From assembly GCA_024704765.1 (NCBI GenBank), contig JAKMXF010000002.1, forward strand, positions 69,221 to 133,220: DNA of 64,000 nt. The letters are read 5' to 3'. Position numbers and translations under genes: made by a program. Below, in pieces: positions 24,593 through 37,270 of the stretch (within the stretch, counting starts at the first letter, position 1; each line of letters begins with the position of its first letter). Source of the DNA: Oopsacas minuta. Its lineage: Eukaryota > Animalia > Porifera. Below the pieces are notes generated by a model. The model had not been told where the DNA came from and searched no databases. It saw only the letters and a list, made by a program, of their open reading frames with translations.

Positions 24593-25284
24593 TGATATAA
24601 TCTGTTAATTTGTCATAGACTACTACAGTAGAATCTCCCAAAGTGGAGCGTCGAGGAAGTCCAGATTTTTCTTACAGTATGATTACCCAACTTTGATGAA
24701 AATTGTATTTTAGTTTACGCAATCATTAGCCAGTTACGTGCGAACTGTTACATTCGTAAAGAAAAGGAACTCTAATATTTTCCACTTCGTTTTAACCAAT
24801 TCCCGCAACAAACCGAGATTTTGGCACCTTTTGACGTCATAAAACTACACATTTCCCTGCCATATTCGGTTAATTACAAATTTTGTCTCTATGAACATTT
24901 AATGTCATGTCAAGATGGCAGAATATTCTTCGATTATTTAATACCAGCGCGCTGCGCCATAGCTTAATACCTCAGGTTAGCAATTTGGACAGTGGGAAAT
25001 TTTGAGTAGTCATGATGACGAAATAATCCCATGGTGAGTTTCTATTTGGTCAGAATCATGACGTCAGGACATTTGTCACATTGAGGGGTACCTGTGATTC
25101 AAATCTCAAAGTCATTCGGAAATTCCAGAATATATTTAATTTCTGAATGAACAGTGGACATACGGATGCACCCCACACGCAGTAAAATTCTTTTCGAAAA
25201 CTTTTATATCCGAAGGCCGCAGTCCGCCCACCATTGATTTTAACTTATCTTATAGCCTATTCTCATCGTAACCAGTGTCCAGAG

Positions 25285-25976
25285 CAATGGTTCTCAAACT
25301 TTTATAAATGATATTTGCTCCACTTTTAATTTGGGAATGTACTTACGGTTCCATGGAGTTATCAACAGAAACATTCTAACAATACATTTGTTTACCTTCT
25401 TCATACTGAGAATTATGACAAAAATAGTCTGTACTACATCTAAAACTTATTACCAACCATTTTAGTCACAATTAGACAAATACTGTTGCTATTTTGTTTT
25501 TTTTTTATGATATTCCTCATTTAGATTTTCTCAATTTTTGCCACTCTACAAAAATCCTATGCCTGCACTAGCTTCAAAATTTCCAAGTGTCTATTGTGGC
25601 TTACCGTAATTACTCATAGATTAGCCTGGCAATTATATATTTAGCTTTTCTCAAAGAATTTTACCATGTTTAACATCGGTAGTATTTGAAAAATATCTGG
25701 TTTTTAGACCATTTTCAGTTAGCATTGTTGAAACCCTTTTCCTTTTTTGTGTTTTTATTTGGTGTAAATTCAAATGTATTTCATTTTTGTATTCATAATA
25801 TAATCATTTAAGTATACTTAAAGATATTTCAGACTAATAAACTAGAATCATCTATGGTGTGATATAACCGATAGTAAGATGAGTTAACTTAAAATATCCT
25901 ACTCTATAAAAGGCTAAATGTACATTTGTTTTTATATAATCTCGCGGTTCCGCGGACTTCTGTATGGGAACCACTC
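25285..25976. mobile_element. Non-autonomous hAT (Charlie-like) element
   Basis: Ends CAATGGTTCTCAAAC and GTATGGGAACCACTC; flanks GTCCAGAG / CTCCAGGG (6/8, resembling the NTCTAGAN Charlie target). Related right end at 35195-35258. Confidence 0.55.
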
Positions 25977-26547
25977 CTCCAGGGACAAATTTTCTTGGAC
26001 AAGTGGGAGGTCGGAAAATGGCCCTTGTGTAGCAATTATCACATAAAATAAGTAAGATAAGACTCTGAAGTTTTCAACATAATGTGAACATGAAATAGCG
26101 AGTACCGTCTTAGTTCCAATATTTGCTCCCTGAGGCTCCTAAAAATTATTAACTGCTTAAACTGAATCGTTATTCCTTTTTATTTTGGTCAATCTACTGT
26201 TTGAAAGGGTAAATACACATAATGCAAGCACATAGGTATGATTATATCAAAATTATCTTGCTTACAATAATCGCAACTTCACTCTTAATTAGGGTGTACC
26301 GGTACAAAATCCGAAAATTTTTGCGCAATAATCTTATCTTGTATATTTTCAATAAGTCGCCTTTTTACTGTAGCTGTACTCTTTGAGATGAATCGTAGTT
26401 ATGAAGTGACGAACATACGGTTGTCGTGCATCGATCTTGGAAGTGATGCTTGCTAGTTTACACAAATTCCAAAATTGTAAATTTGATATTTTACAAAGAT
26501 TTCTCATTCCAAATTTACTGTTTTATCATATCTTTAGCACTTATAGC

Positions 26548-26772
26548 ATGTATCAGAAGCCCAGTTGCTTTCAACAGGTTAAAACAGGTTTTGGTATTGG
26601 TATGGCAGTTGGTGCTGGTATTGGTGTTATATTTGGCACGTGGGGAGCTGTTAAGATGCGATTGAAGGGAAGAGAATTAGTCTATGGATTGGGTAAAACT
26701 ATTGTGCAAACAGGATTTACGTTTGGTTTCTTCATGTCCATTGGACAAGCAATTCGCGGATGCACTTCGTGA
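26548..26772 (+). CDS. ROMO1: Reactive oxygen species modulator 1 / Mgr2 homologue (mitochondrial inner membrane), 74 aa
   Basis: MYQKPSCFQQVKTGFGIGMAVGAGIGVIFGTWGAVKMRLKGRELVYGLGKTIVQTGFTFGFFMSIGQAIRGC aligns along its length with human ROMO1 (QPSCFDRVKMGF...[31 protein letters not shown]). Start is uncertain because an AG acceptor-like site precedes the ATG. Confidence 0.93.
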   Translation: MYQKPSCFQQVKTGFGIGMAVGAGIGVIFGTWGAVKMRLKGRELVYGLGKTIVQTGFTFGFFMSIGQAIRGCTS

Positions 26773-26791
26773 TATATATATATATATATAT
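26772..26791. repeat. (AT)n microsatellite
   Basis: About 10 AT units starting at the ROMO1 stop codon. Confidence 0.9.
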
Positions 26792-29733
26792 TTTTAGACA
26801 AATTCAAACGAGTTTCTACAATATGATATAGTTGTCCGATCACTGAGAATTTCATTTTCTGTAATGATAAATTCCAATTTCAACTATCCTCGGAATTTAT
26901 AACTTCTGAAACGTATTAGACCATTTTTGAAACCTAATGACTCTAACATTCTATTTTGTTTTTGTTATGATTGATGTTTGATAAATATCAAATTGTTTTT
27001 GTTTAATTCAGCACACAGACTTGTATGACCAAATCTTGAAACATCATTGCGGGGATTTCATCCACCTAGGGGCCAATCCGTTTATACGAATTTTATTATT
27101 ATTATTCCATTATCGGTCAGTTGCTTATCTAATGTCACTTAATATATATGTTCTATAATCATTCTTGAAATTTGGCTGAAACTATCACAAAAATCGTAAC
27201 GAGTGACTCTTAGTACTGTAGACCCTCGATTATCCAAAACCTCTGTAATAAAACTGCGGAAGAACATTTTAATTGTGGAAATTGTCCACATTAAATGTCA
27301 ACAAAGAGCTGTATACGGCTTTAATATTATGTTTTCCGATGATGTAATTAACTTGGACCCATATTGCTATAAATATGTAATCAAATATTCCAAATTACAC
27401 TTCTGTATTTTCATATAACCTTGAACTGTGAATTTCAGATAAGAAAATGCACTACAATGGTGTCAGGTAAATAACAAATCAAATTTTGCACGATATTTCT
27501 TGCTAATAGGCGAATTTGCAATTTAACAAGTTTTCCTTTTGTGTGATGCTAGTCTAAACAATCTATTTTCTTTAATCGGGTTCTTCTATTTATCCCAGTA
27601 TTGATCACCATACTGGGTCTTATATAATGGTAGTAACACGATGATCATAGAACTGGACAATATGATACTTATGTAGAACGGATTCAATGATCAAAACGTT
27701 GTCCGGTTCTTTGCAGTTTTAAAATTTGAGTTTGTACTGTTGATATTTTAGGAATTAGTGAATCGAAAATGAATGCGGTACTACAAACCACTTTGATTAA
27801 TTCATACTGTTCAGATATATCAGAAGAGTATTTAGAAATATATTCCGAGTAGGCGTTTTTGTAATCTTAAGACAATAATTTTGCAATTTATATACATTAA
27901 ATTGGCCAACAGATGCATATTATTTACTAGAAACAGTATTTATAAGAACTATGATGAGATATGAGGAAAATAAAGAGTAGATAGAAACGAAGAAGAAGTT
28001 AACACCCAATTAAATTCTATAAAGTGTTCACTTCAATCGTTTATTTGACCGACTCTCCCTATAGCTAAAGAAAAATACTTGTTATTATTCGAGAGTATAG
28101 CGTTGGTGGATTACGAAAATGTCATCAGAATTATAAAATATGTGTGCTGACTTAGCATTGAGGTTTTGAAAATTTTTCCATTCGTGTCAACTATAATGCT
28201 GTAATTGACCAGCTTCTCATCATTATTTTGATAAGGTTTTCTTCTACATCCTATTGAGGGTTGGTGGATTAGGTGTTTCCAATTCTTTTACAAATATTCA
28301 TTGCATTTTGAAATATTGTATTTTGAAAAATTCAACGAGGAAGTTAGTCTAGGGTCATTTCAGTCACTAATTTGACTCACTTATACTCATTGGATTTAAA
28401 CGAAATTAGTATCATTGAAAAGAGGAGAGTTGAACGTTTTAAGTAATGTGTTTTATTTATACACCTTTACTTTTAGTTAGTTCTTTGTTTTAAATTTTAA
28501 GTGTCACGACTCCCTTGAATTTACTCACCTGAAATCAGAATTCGATTCTGAAATTATATATTCATACTTTGGTGATATGGACGTTTATTAAAATTCAGAT
28601 TCAATTTCATTAATAATATTAACAACTCGCGGAGCTAGAAGAATTCAAATTTTCAGTCGGGAGTTAGAATGGTATGGGATTAATCATATTCTACATAAAA
28701 TAGGGTCAATTCAAACTGAAATTTCTTGCCCTAAATCCGCCTGAATTTAATCATTTTTCTGCTAATTGATAGTTGAAAAATAGACGTTTATAAGATTATC
28801 GATAATTTCGTGAATCACTAAATTATCACCAGCAACTTCCTCCAAAAATCGATAATTTCTGATGTTTTTTTGTGTATTACGAATTCTAACTTTGAGATAA
28901 ATTCTTGAAGTTATTTTTCTTCATAACCCCTTCAAAATTTATCGATACTTTCTTTTGTATCTTATAATTTAATTTCCTTAAAAACCTGGGGGTCTCTGGT
29001 ACTTTTTTTTATCATTTTGTGGTAATATATTTTAAAGGGTTCATTCGTTTTGTGTCAATTTTATACTTAATTCTTGTGCAAATAAGTAAATACGTATGTT
29101 ACTAGTAAACATTTGCGTCAATCTTATGGTATTTTTCTTCGTAACTAACATATGTTATTTTATCTAAGCGCCTAAAACTTGTCGTATGGTGATAAATATA
29201 TATGATGTAAGTAAGACTGTAACTGAGTGTTCAATATGTTTCATAATTTTCGCAATCTATATATACACTTGAATTCGAAGTAAGACACGATATGTTACTT
29301 AATGTATGGGCATCATCTGCCTCTGATTTAGCGTGTAAAAATTTGAACAAGTCGATTTCGTTAATGGTATTGATAAAGAAAATTCTGAAGGAAATTACTT
29401 TTATTTTTCAATACATCTGACGCCTTGTTGTGGGTAGTTGGCGCAAAATTCTATGGGTTATATAATGTTAGAAATATATCTGAATGTTTGCAATGAAATG
29501 ATGCATGTTTTATTGATGAGTGTTTTGACTTTGTTAGTTTTCTGGTTAGCTCTCACATAACCTGGTCCTAGTTAGTTTATCAAATGTATGATAAAAATAA
29601 CTCTGTTTAAGTGTTAGAGGTTAGCTCTGGAGTTGACTTTGGGATTTAAAGTTGTGAATCTGGAGAATTTTATTTCGAAATCAAATAATAGGATAGTTTG
29701 TGCACTACTGTTTCGAACCATCGAATGTCATTA

Positions 29734-30690
29734 TCAGGGCGTTCAATAAGACTTGCAAGTCATGTTATATCTCAGAAATTAGTCAAGTAATATATCAAAC
29801 TTTTATATATTATAAGCCCCTATAATTAAACTCCATATACTGAAAGTTTCAAGCTAATTCAATACACAAATTATGATTTATTGAGATAATTCCGTATAAT
29901 CAATTAATACCTACTGTTCGATTTATGCCTTCAAAGGATGATCATTTCATCCTCAGATGGCGAGCTTACATAGAGTTTCGCACAATACTTAAGATTGAGC
30001 CCGTACAGATGTTCAGCGAGCTACAAAGAGATATTCTGCGTGGATTGCCCTTTCAGATCTACTGTAGAGCGATGGGCTGCCCGTTTTAGATCTGGTGATG
30101 CTGATGTCACAGATTTGCCTCGATCTGGGAGACCGGTATCCGCCACCACTTCAGAGAATATCGTACTGATTGATGGTACGACTGAATATTGCCAAGAAAC
30201 TCTTGGAAACTTATGAGAACTGCGATTTAAGACGCCTAACAGAGATTATTACTGTTGACGAGACGTGGGTGTACTATTCAACACCATATAGCAAGTATAG
30301 GAAGCGATCATGGGTGAGGGGCAATGAACAACCGGTGAAAAGTCCTAGGCCCGACTTCCGAAACCTAAGATTATGTATACCATCTTCTTCAGTAGTCATG
30401 GAATTGTCTTGCAATTACCTTGTGAGAGTGGCAAGGCTTTACTAATACTTTCTTTACAGAGCAAGTGCTTCCAAACTTGATAAAGAATTTACAAAAGTAC
30501 CGCCCAAAAACTGGAACTCGAGGAATGAAGATTTTTTTGATAACGCCAGTTCCCATACAGCTAAGCTAACCAAAATTTTCTGGGATGTATAAGGGTTTGG
30601 TTTACTTCCCCATCCACCATTCTCACCAGACCTAGCTCCTTGTGATATTAGTCTATTCGCCAAGCTTAAAATCTACCCTCAAGTCAATGA
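29734..30690 (+). mobile_element. Degraded, internally deleted mariner (DD34D) of a second family
   Basis: TA-TCAGGGCGTTCAATAAG left end. Motifs TVERWAARF, LPRSGRP, ITVDETWVYY, FDNASSH...PHPPFSPDLAPCD (34-residue spacing). Right TIR not found. Confidence 0.85.
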
Positions 30691-32476
30691 TTTTAGCACA
30701 TTACTCGAAAATAAGTTTGGCATATTAGTAGAAGAGAAAATTCTCAAATATAATATGTTAAAGTGTGCTCGATTTGTTGGTGCCAAATTCACATTATTCT
30801 TAGTATCTAGTCTTCCCGTGTCTTATGTCAACCCGATTTTCTGAAGCGTGTAGGCAGGGCCGTGAATAGCCAGAACGAGACAGGCTAAGGTTTTATCAGG
30901 GGCATCGTTAGATCCCAACAATATTGAGTCTTACACTTGGTTTCACAAACCTCGAAGCTCCTGGTAGATTGTGTCAATTAAGTTTTAGAAGTCAATGTTA
31001 TCTTGCTAAATTTATTGCTTCCAATAACCTAAACTCCTAGAGTATGTACATTATGTGGTGAAAATCAACAGTTCTTATTCAAACTTAGAGGGATTTCCTA
31101 TACAGTCTATATAATTACATGTTTTCTCCTTTCCAAATTATTCAAGTGTACAATGACTATCTGAACTCGCGAACGCAACTAGCGAGAATATTTTGTAGGT
31201 GTACAAGGTTCTGGCCAATATAAAGAAGAAATGAGAGCTCCATACAGGGATATGACACTAATATATTTGCACTTTACAGATATGAAATAAGTATAATTTT
31301 TGAAAACTCGCATGAAGGTTTGTATTAATTATAGAAACCCCTGACCTAAATTTTTGCCCCCTTGCCTACACTCTTGACTCTACTGCGTGTAAGTATGAGC
31401 ACAAGGGGGGGGACGGTTTGGTTCTGGGCCAGCTATTAGTCCAACTTCTCTAGGGTTTTCCCAAGCATTCATCTCACTTGGATTGTCTCTGCCAAATTAT
31501 GTTGATAATGTGTCAACAGCGATTCCAATGTTAGTTTGATATGAGAAATCTGTTATTATACAATGAGAATTTTTTGGTAACGACTCCTTCGGTCAGATGC
31601 CCTTACATCGTGCTTAGCAACCACCGGATCCTAAAGCTAAGATCCGGATCCGGCCGGATATTTATCAATATCCAATTATAACTCGATTATTGTGAAAGTA
31701 ATTGTAAAATCATTATTGCATGATTATAGCCTTATTATCCTGTATCTCTGACTTCCCATAACCTGATATTACAATTCTATATGATATCTCTGAATCATAA
31801 CGTAATCTCAAAAATCACCATATTGAGGTATATTCCAGAATACATCAGATTGGTAAGAGTAATTATATCAACATTTATTATCAAGAAATGGAAAGTTGGT
31901 ATATAAGTTTAATGGCTGTATTGATTAGACAATAACTTTCACGATTATCGTGTTATAATTGGATAGTGATAGAAATGTGTGTCTCAAAGAACGAGAAAAC
32001 TTTTTAATGATAATTTTTCCATATTTTCTGAAAATTTATTAGCATTCCTTTGGGGCTCGCTCAAGCAGTGGTTTCAATACATTGCAAGCAACACAGTGCT
32101 GCCAAATGAATTCAGGAAATTACCGGAGATTGACCAAAGATTTAGCTAGAAACCAAATTTTATCGAGCATTTTGAATCCCTTAATGACCCCCAACAGGTC
32201 TTAATTTGCTTTTACTAATGCCAGTAGCTAACAACCTTTTATCAATAATCATGAATAAATGTACATTTATGGACGATTTCGCGTTTGTAAACAATAAGCT
32301 ATAATCACTATCAGCATGCAATAAACTATAAAAGTACTATTTTAAATGGTGGTACATACTTTGAGAAAATAACTCCTACAATTCCGAAGTAGGTACAAAC
32401 GTTGAGGAATTTTAAATATTAACCTTCATCGTTAACAAAGAACTCATAACTGAGTTGATGGGCTGTTTCGAATATA

Positions 32477-34592
32477 CAGTAAACATTGGATTTAACGACA
32501 CTAGTTTGGGCAGGCAAAAAAGGTCGCTATATCCGATTTGTCGCTAAATCCGAGGAAGGTTTATATATGCATTATATACCGGATGACACCCAAATTTTTT
32601 CGTGTTATACGATGTAGTATACTATGTTGTTGTATTATCGTCATAATAATGTCATGAATATGATTAGTTTGACTTGAAAAAGCTAGTTATGGAGGCCTGC
32701 TGCAATCGACTCAGCTGGCTTTCAGCCAAGAAGTTTTGAAGTTCGCTGACAGACTGAATCTGTTTCTCTGAGCATGGGAGGGTGCGCAAGAACTTCATAA
32801 CGGTGTCAAGGCATGAGACAACAGTGTCGAATGACGGAACATGGATATTGAGGGGATATTCATTGTCGTCATTTTCGATATCAACATCGTCATCACTTGG
32901 AGGCTGCAGACTATTAAGGATATCGTCAATTTCGAGACTATTTGCACCAGGTCCAATTGCAACACCATCATCCAGAGCAACAAAGTCCTCAAATGATAAG
33001 CCATCCGAAACAAGCCCTGCTTCTTCAGCACTGCTCCAAATTGATGTGTCAGGTGCTGAGGTTTCTTCAGTGGAGGTAAATCCTTGAACCCAACATGCTG
33101 ATAGCAATGTTTGATGGTTGTGGGGGTGACATTATCCCAGGACATTTTTAGCCAGTCCAAGGCCTGGAGCAAGTCAAGCTTGCACCTCGTTTCAGAATCA
33201 ACTGCTAATAAACGCTTCCTAACAAGAAACCGGCGGTAGTGGTGCTTGAGGTTCTTGATTATACCTGCGTCCACGGGCTGAGTCATAGACGTTGTGTTGG
33301 GTGGGAGAAAGAAAAGCTTGATATGGGACAAGTTAAGGTTCGGATGACCTGAGAAGTTGTCAAGAATCATGGCGATTTTCCTGTCGTCAAATGTCATAGA
33401 ATTGTTCAACTTCCTTAGCAATTTCTCAAAAATCTCACTTGTCATCCATGCGGTTCGATTGGCATCATACTCCACTGGAAGATTCAGGACGCCTCGGGAA
33501 CAGTGGGGGCGCTTACTCTTTCCAATAACGAGTAGCGGAAACCTCTCCCCAAGCGCACTAGCTGCTACCAATACAGTGAGGCGTTCCTTGGAGCGCTTGC
33601 CTCCTTTGCCCAAGTCTCCTCGGAGAGACAAAGTTCTGTCTGGTGTCATCTTCCAGAATAGCCCAGTCTCATCAGCATTGAAAATATCCTTGTCTTCAAA
33701 CTCTTCTCTGATCAGTTTCAGCTGCGTTGATATCCAGTTGTCAGCACCAGCGTGATCTGCTGATTGGCTCTCACCCGAGATTTGACGGCTGATGATGTTA
33801 TGGCGCTTCTTCCAACGATCTATCCAGTTCAGATCAAGGAACACAGGTTCGAGGTAGCCAGGCACATTTCGTACTTTCAGTTTCTCCACGATGCATATCG
33901 ACTTTTCTAGAAGAAAGGGACCGGCGACTGACTCATCTGGAGCTGTGCTCTTCAAATAACGAAACCACTCAAGCAGTGCAGTGTCTATCTCCGGGTATCG
34001 AGACAGCTTTGTGCTCTTCGAATCAAGATTTGATGCACTTGCGATGGAAGTTTCAATTATCGCCCGATCTTTCAAGAAGCCGGCTAGGGTCCCATGTGAA
34101 ATGCCATGTTTCTGCTCCAAGAATGGTCGCTTAGCTCCTGCATCAAGCTCCTTCAAAATTTTGTATTTTTCAGCAAAAGAAAAGCGCTTCCTTTTGCCAA
34201 GTCCGCTCGAATCCATGACGATTAAATTTTAACATTACATTGTACGTACAATAGCTTTTAATAAGCGTTTTGTAAGAAGCCAGGTGCTGTTGATTCTAAA
34301 GGAGATTTTAATTGTTTTATAATTAAATCAATTATTAAAACCTTAATAATTCACTAGTACACTTTTCTTAAGTCCACAGTATAGACAGCCCAAAAGTCGT
34401 AATATCCAATTGGATTTGCATGGAGCAGGCATAGAAAATATGTCGCTAAATTCAATGTGTCGTTATCTGACAGGTCGTTATACCCGAGGTATGGTGTGTG
34501 CAGAATAATGCTGCGAGATTCTGGGCAAGCAAAATGAGTCGTTATAAGCGATTTGTCGTTAAAGCCGATGTCGTTAAATCCAATGTTTACTG
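32477..34592 (-). mobile_element. Full-length Tigger/pogo transposon, near-intact
   Basis: Perfect 24-bp TIRs CAGTAAACATTGGATTTAACGACA, TA TSD, 2116 bp, repeated subterminal GTCG(C/T)TA motifs. Confidence 0.97.
32664..34216 (-). CDS. Tigger/pogo transposase (CENP-B-type HTH plus DDE_1, DD29D), one frameshift near 33085
   Basis: 473-aa ORF with FNADETG, LDNFSGH and TQPVDAGII; the expected acidic C-terminus (FEDFVALDD) continues in the 32664-33107 frame. Confidence 0.93.
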
Positions 34593-35194
34593 TACTAGAG
34601 AATTGTGTCCAAATCAGGTTTAAAAGATTGAATGTCAATTAAGTACAAACAAATTTCTTTGATCTAAAATAATTTGAGAGAATATTAATTGCTGACCTCT
34701 CAGATTCCATGGTCAATCACAACTTTTTGCGAAATAGTAGAGACTAAATTGAAATAAAATTCTTTAGGAAGTGTATAAGATATGTCATGGAAGAGCAAAC
34801 AATTGAAAACACTTCTCGATAAAGGTTGTATAGTAAATGTGATTTTGTATCAGAACTTTGGAGCTGCCCTGTATATTAATCAATATGCGACCGAGTGTAC
34901 AAAGGGATTCTATATCAATAGATTTAATGTACAATTCTTAGAAATGATAACTTAGAATACCATATAAAATGAAAACTGTGATGTTTTGAATAACATGTTG
35001 AATCACTGAGTGAAATTTTCCGGTTTCTAGTCACCCATGTTAATAGTATAGCGATTAGCATATTTTTGATAATTAATGTTGTTACAAATTTTAAACATAT
35101 GAAAAATGAGAAAACAACTATTTAGTCATGCTAACAACCTATTCTATTATACTTAGAATAAAATCATCGAATTTAATTAGTTTAGATTATCATC

Positions 35195-35258
35195 TGGGCC
35201 GCGGAACCCCATTGGAACCCCAAAATTATTCTGGCGGAACCCTGTTTGAGAAGCACTG
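35195..35258. mobile_element. hAT Charlie-like right-end fragment
   Basis: CCGCGGAACCC repeats ending TTTGAGAAGCACTG, followed by CCCTAGTC. Confidence 0.5.
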
Positions 35259-35655
35259 CCCTAGTCAACAGTAAGAAGCTACTTAACCAGGGTTACTAAA
35301 GAAGGAAATGAAGTATGAGTTTATAAATTAGCAAAGTTTTTGATATTTTTAGAGATTTTAGCTGTTTTGCAGAACGTGACTTATTACCTCTAATAGAATG
35401 AAAATTTATACTTGAAAGGCAAAACGAGTACTATTTTCCATTACTTCATTCTTTAAGAGTTACACCAAAGGATTCTTGATGCATGCTAATACTATTTCCT
35501 GTGGAAAGTCTTCAAAAATATTTCCATTAAATGTTATAGTCACGTGAATTTGATTATTAACTAAGATTATGATTGTTCTTCTGATGACCAATGAAAGCTA
35601 TCTGTATTATTATATATTCGAGATTTCGTTTATATTCGACATGAAAGCATAGATA

Positions 35656-37006
35656 CAGGGTGGTTCAAAAAATGGAAACCCATTTTTGTTTTAGACCTTC
35701 TTAGCCATTTTTGGGTATAACCCAATACCATTTTAAGATAGTATGTTAGCTAACACCTCTGATTTACCAAAAACAAGGCAGTGGACAACTCAAGAGTGAG
35801 TATGGTGTGTTCAGAAATATTTAGAGACTAAGTCATTTGTGAAAACGCAACAAAACTTTTTACATCGATTCGAGACGGAACTAGCCCCAACCAAGTCCGC
35901 CATATTCAAGATGGTGATGAAGTTTCAATATGCAGGTCTGTCAAGAACCTTAATAAGAGGTGTAAAGACAGAAACTCATTCTGGAAGAAAGAGACTCCGC
36001 ACTTCCCATGTTATTGCTGTGGTTCGGGAGTCAGTTGAACAGTCACCAAAACGATCGAAAACCTTACCCGTATCAAGGTCTACAATGATGAGAGTGATGA
36101 CCGAAGATCTGGGCATGTTCCCATACCGGATACAAACACACCAGAAGCTTTCTGAAGCTGATAAGAATAGGAGAAAGGAGATGGCAAAAGTTCTGCTCGA
36201 CAAGATTGAGGAGTCTGACACATTTCTGAAGAATCTCTGGACTACTGACGAGACCCACTTTCATTTAGACGGTCAAGTGAATTCAAAGAATAATGTATAT
36301 TGGGTACTTCGCCTCCTGCAGAAGTCGCTGTAAGACCACTCAATTCATGCAAGGTCACAGCATGGGTTGCGATATCTTCAAGAGGGATTATTGGTCCATT
36401 CTTTTTCGAGAGAAATGGAGTGGCTGTAACCGTGAACTCAGAACGATACATTGAGGTTCTTGACAAGTTTTGGATAGAGCCTCAGAGAAGATTCAACTAG
36501 ACTTTGAACAGACAGTGGTTCCAGCAGGACGGTGCAGGGCCCCATACTGCCAATGTCAGTATTGAATGGCTGAAGCAGCACTTCAAGAAGAGAATTGTAA
36601 GTAGACGGTGCCAAATTGAGTGGGCACCCTATTCTCCAGACCTTAATCCCCCAGATTTCTATCTGTGGGGTTATCTTAAGAACAAAGTGTATGAAGAGAA
36701 GCCGAGAGATCTAAATCAGCTGAAAGAGAAGATCAAAGACGAGATAAGTGTAATAGAGGGACCTGTTTTGAAAGCTGTCAAGCAGAACTTCACTCTCAAG
36801 ATCAAAAAAATGTATCGAGGTGAACGGAGAGCATATGGAGCACATCTTATAAATCACCACTTATCCGTAAATTAGAATGATTATGCTTTGAATGCTTTTA
36901 GTAGATTGTTAGAATTGTAAAATTAGAAAGTTTCATTGACTTTGAACAGAAAATAGCAGGGCTATAGGAATTTCAAAGGGGGTTTCCATTTTTTTGAACC
37001 ACTCGG
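35656..37006 (+). mobile_element. Full-length DD41D (rosa/Visitor-type) Tc1/mariner element with disrupted transposase
   Basis: TIRs CAGGGTGGTTCAAAAAATGGAAACCC and GGGTTTCCATTTTTTTGAACCACTCGG, TA TSD, 1351 bp. ATG 35743; WTTDETHF; QQDGAGPH...YSPDLNPPDF with 41 residues between the last two Asp. Confidence 0.93.
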
Positions 37007-37122
37007 TATGTGGTTAGTAGTAGTCAATAGTTACGCAATAATGTATCTTTCTTAACCGCTACTAATAGATTGTCTTTACGTCACTCTGTAATTAGAGATC
37101 CTACGATATAATCTATGCGTCT

Positions 37123-37270
37123 GATTTTGACCGGCATCAAAATTTCTTATAGCCGCTTGATTTTGACCCACATATAGTGTATTATAGTCGTAGGATTTTG
37201 ACCCGTATAATGTATCATACTCGTAGGGTTTTGACCCACATATAATGTAATATTGTCGTAAGATTTTCAC
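37123..37270. repeat. 33-36-bp minisatellite (about 4.5 units)
   Basis: G(A/G)TTTTGACC core recurs at 37123, 37159, 37194 and 37227, partially at 37262. Confidence 0.8.

Noticed and set aside
22742-27235. Three isolated pogo-like TIR starts (22742, 24626, 27216)
   Set aside because: Each resembles TA-CAGTAGA... but no partner end was found; too short to call as elements.
33357-33755. 132-aa plus-strand ORF and similar antisense ORFs over transposases
   Set aside because: Antisense to codon-biased transposase genes; no independent evidence.
22318-37270. CRISPR-like interpretation of the two short tandem arrays (22318-22410 and 37123-37270)
   Set aside because: Spacers are related to each other, there are no cas genes, and the context is eukaryotic.
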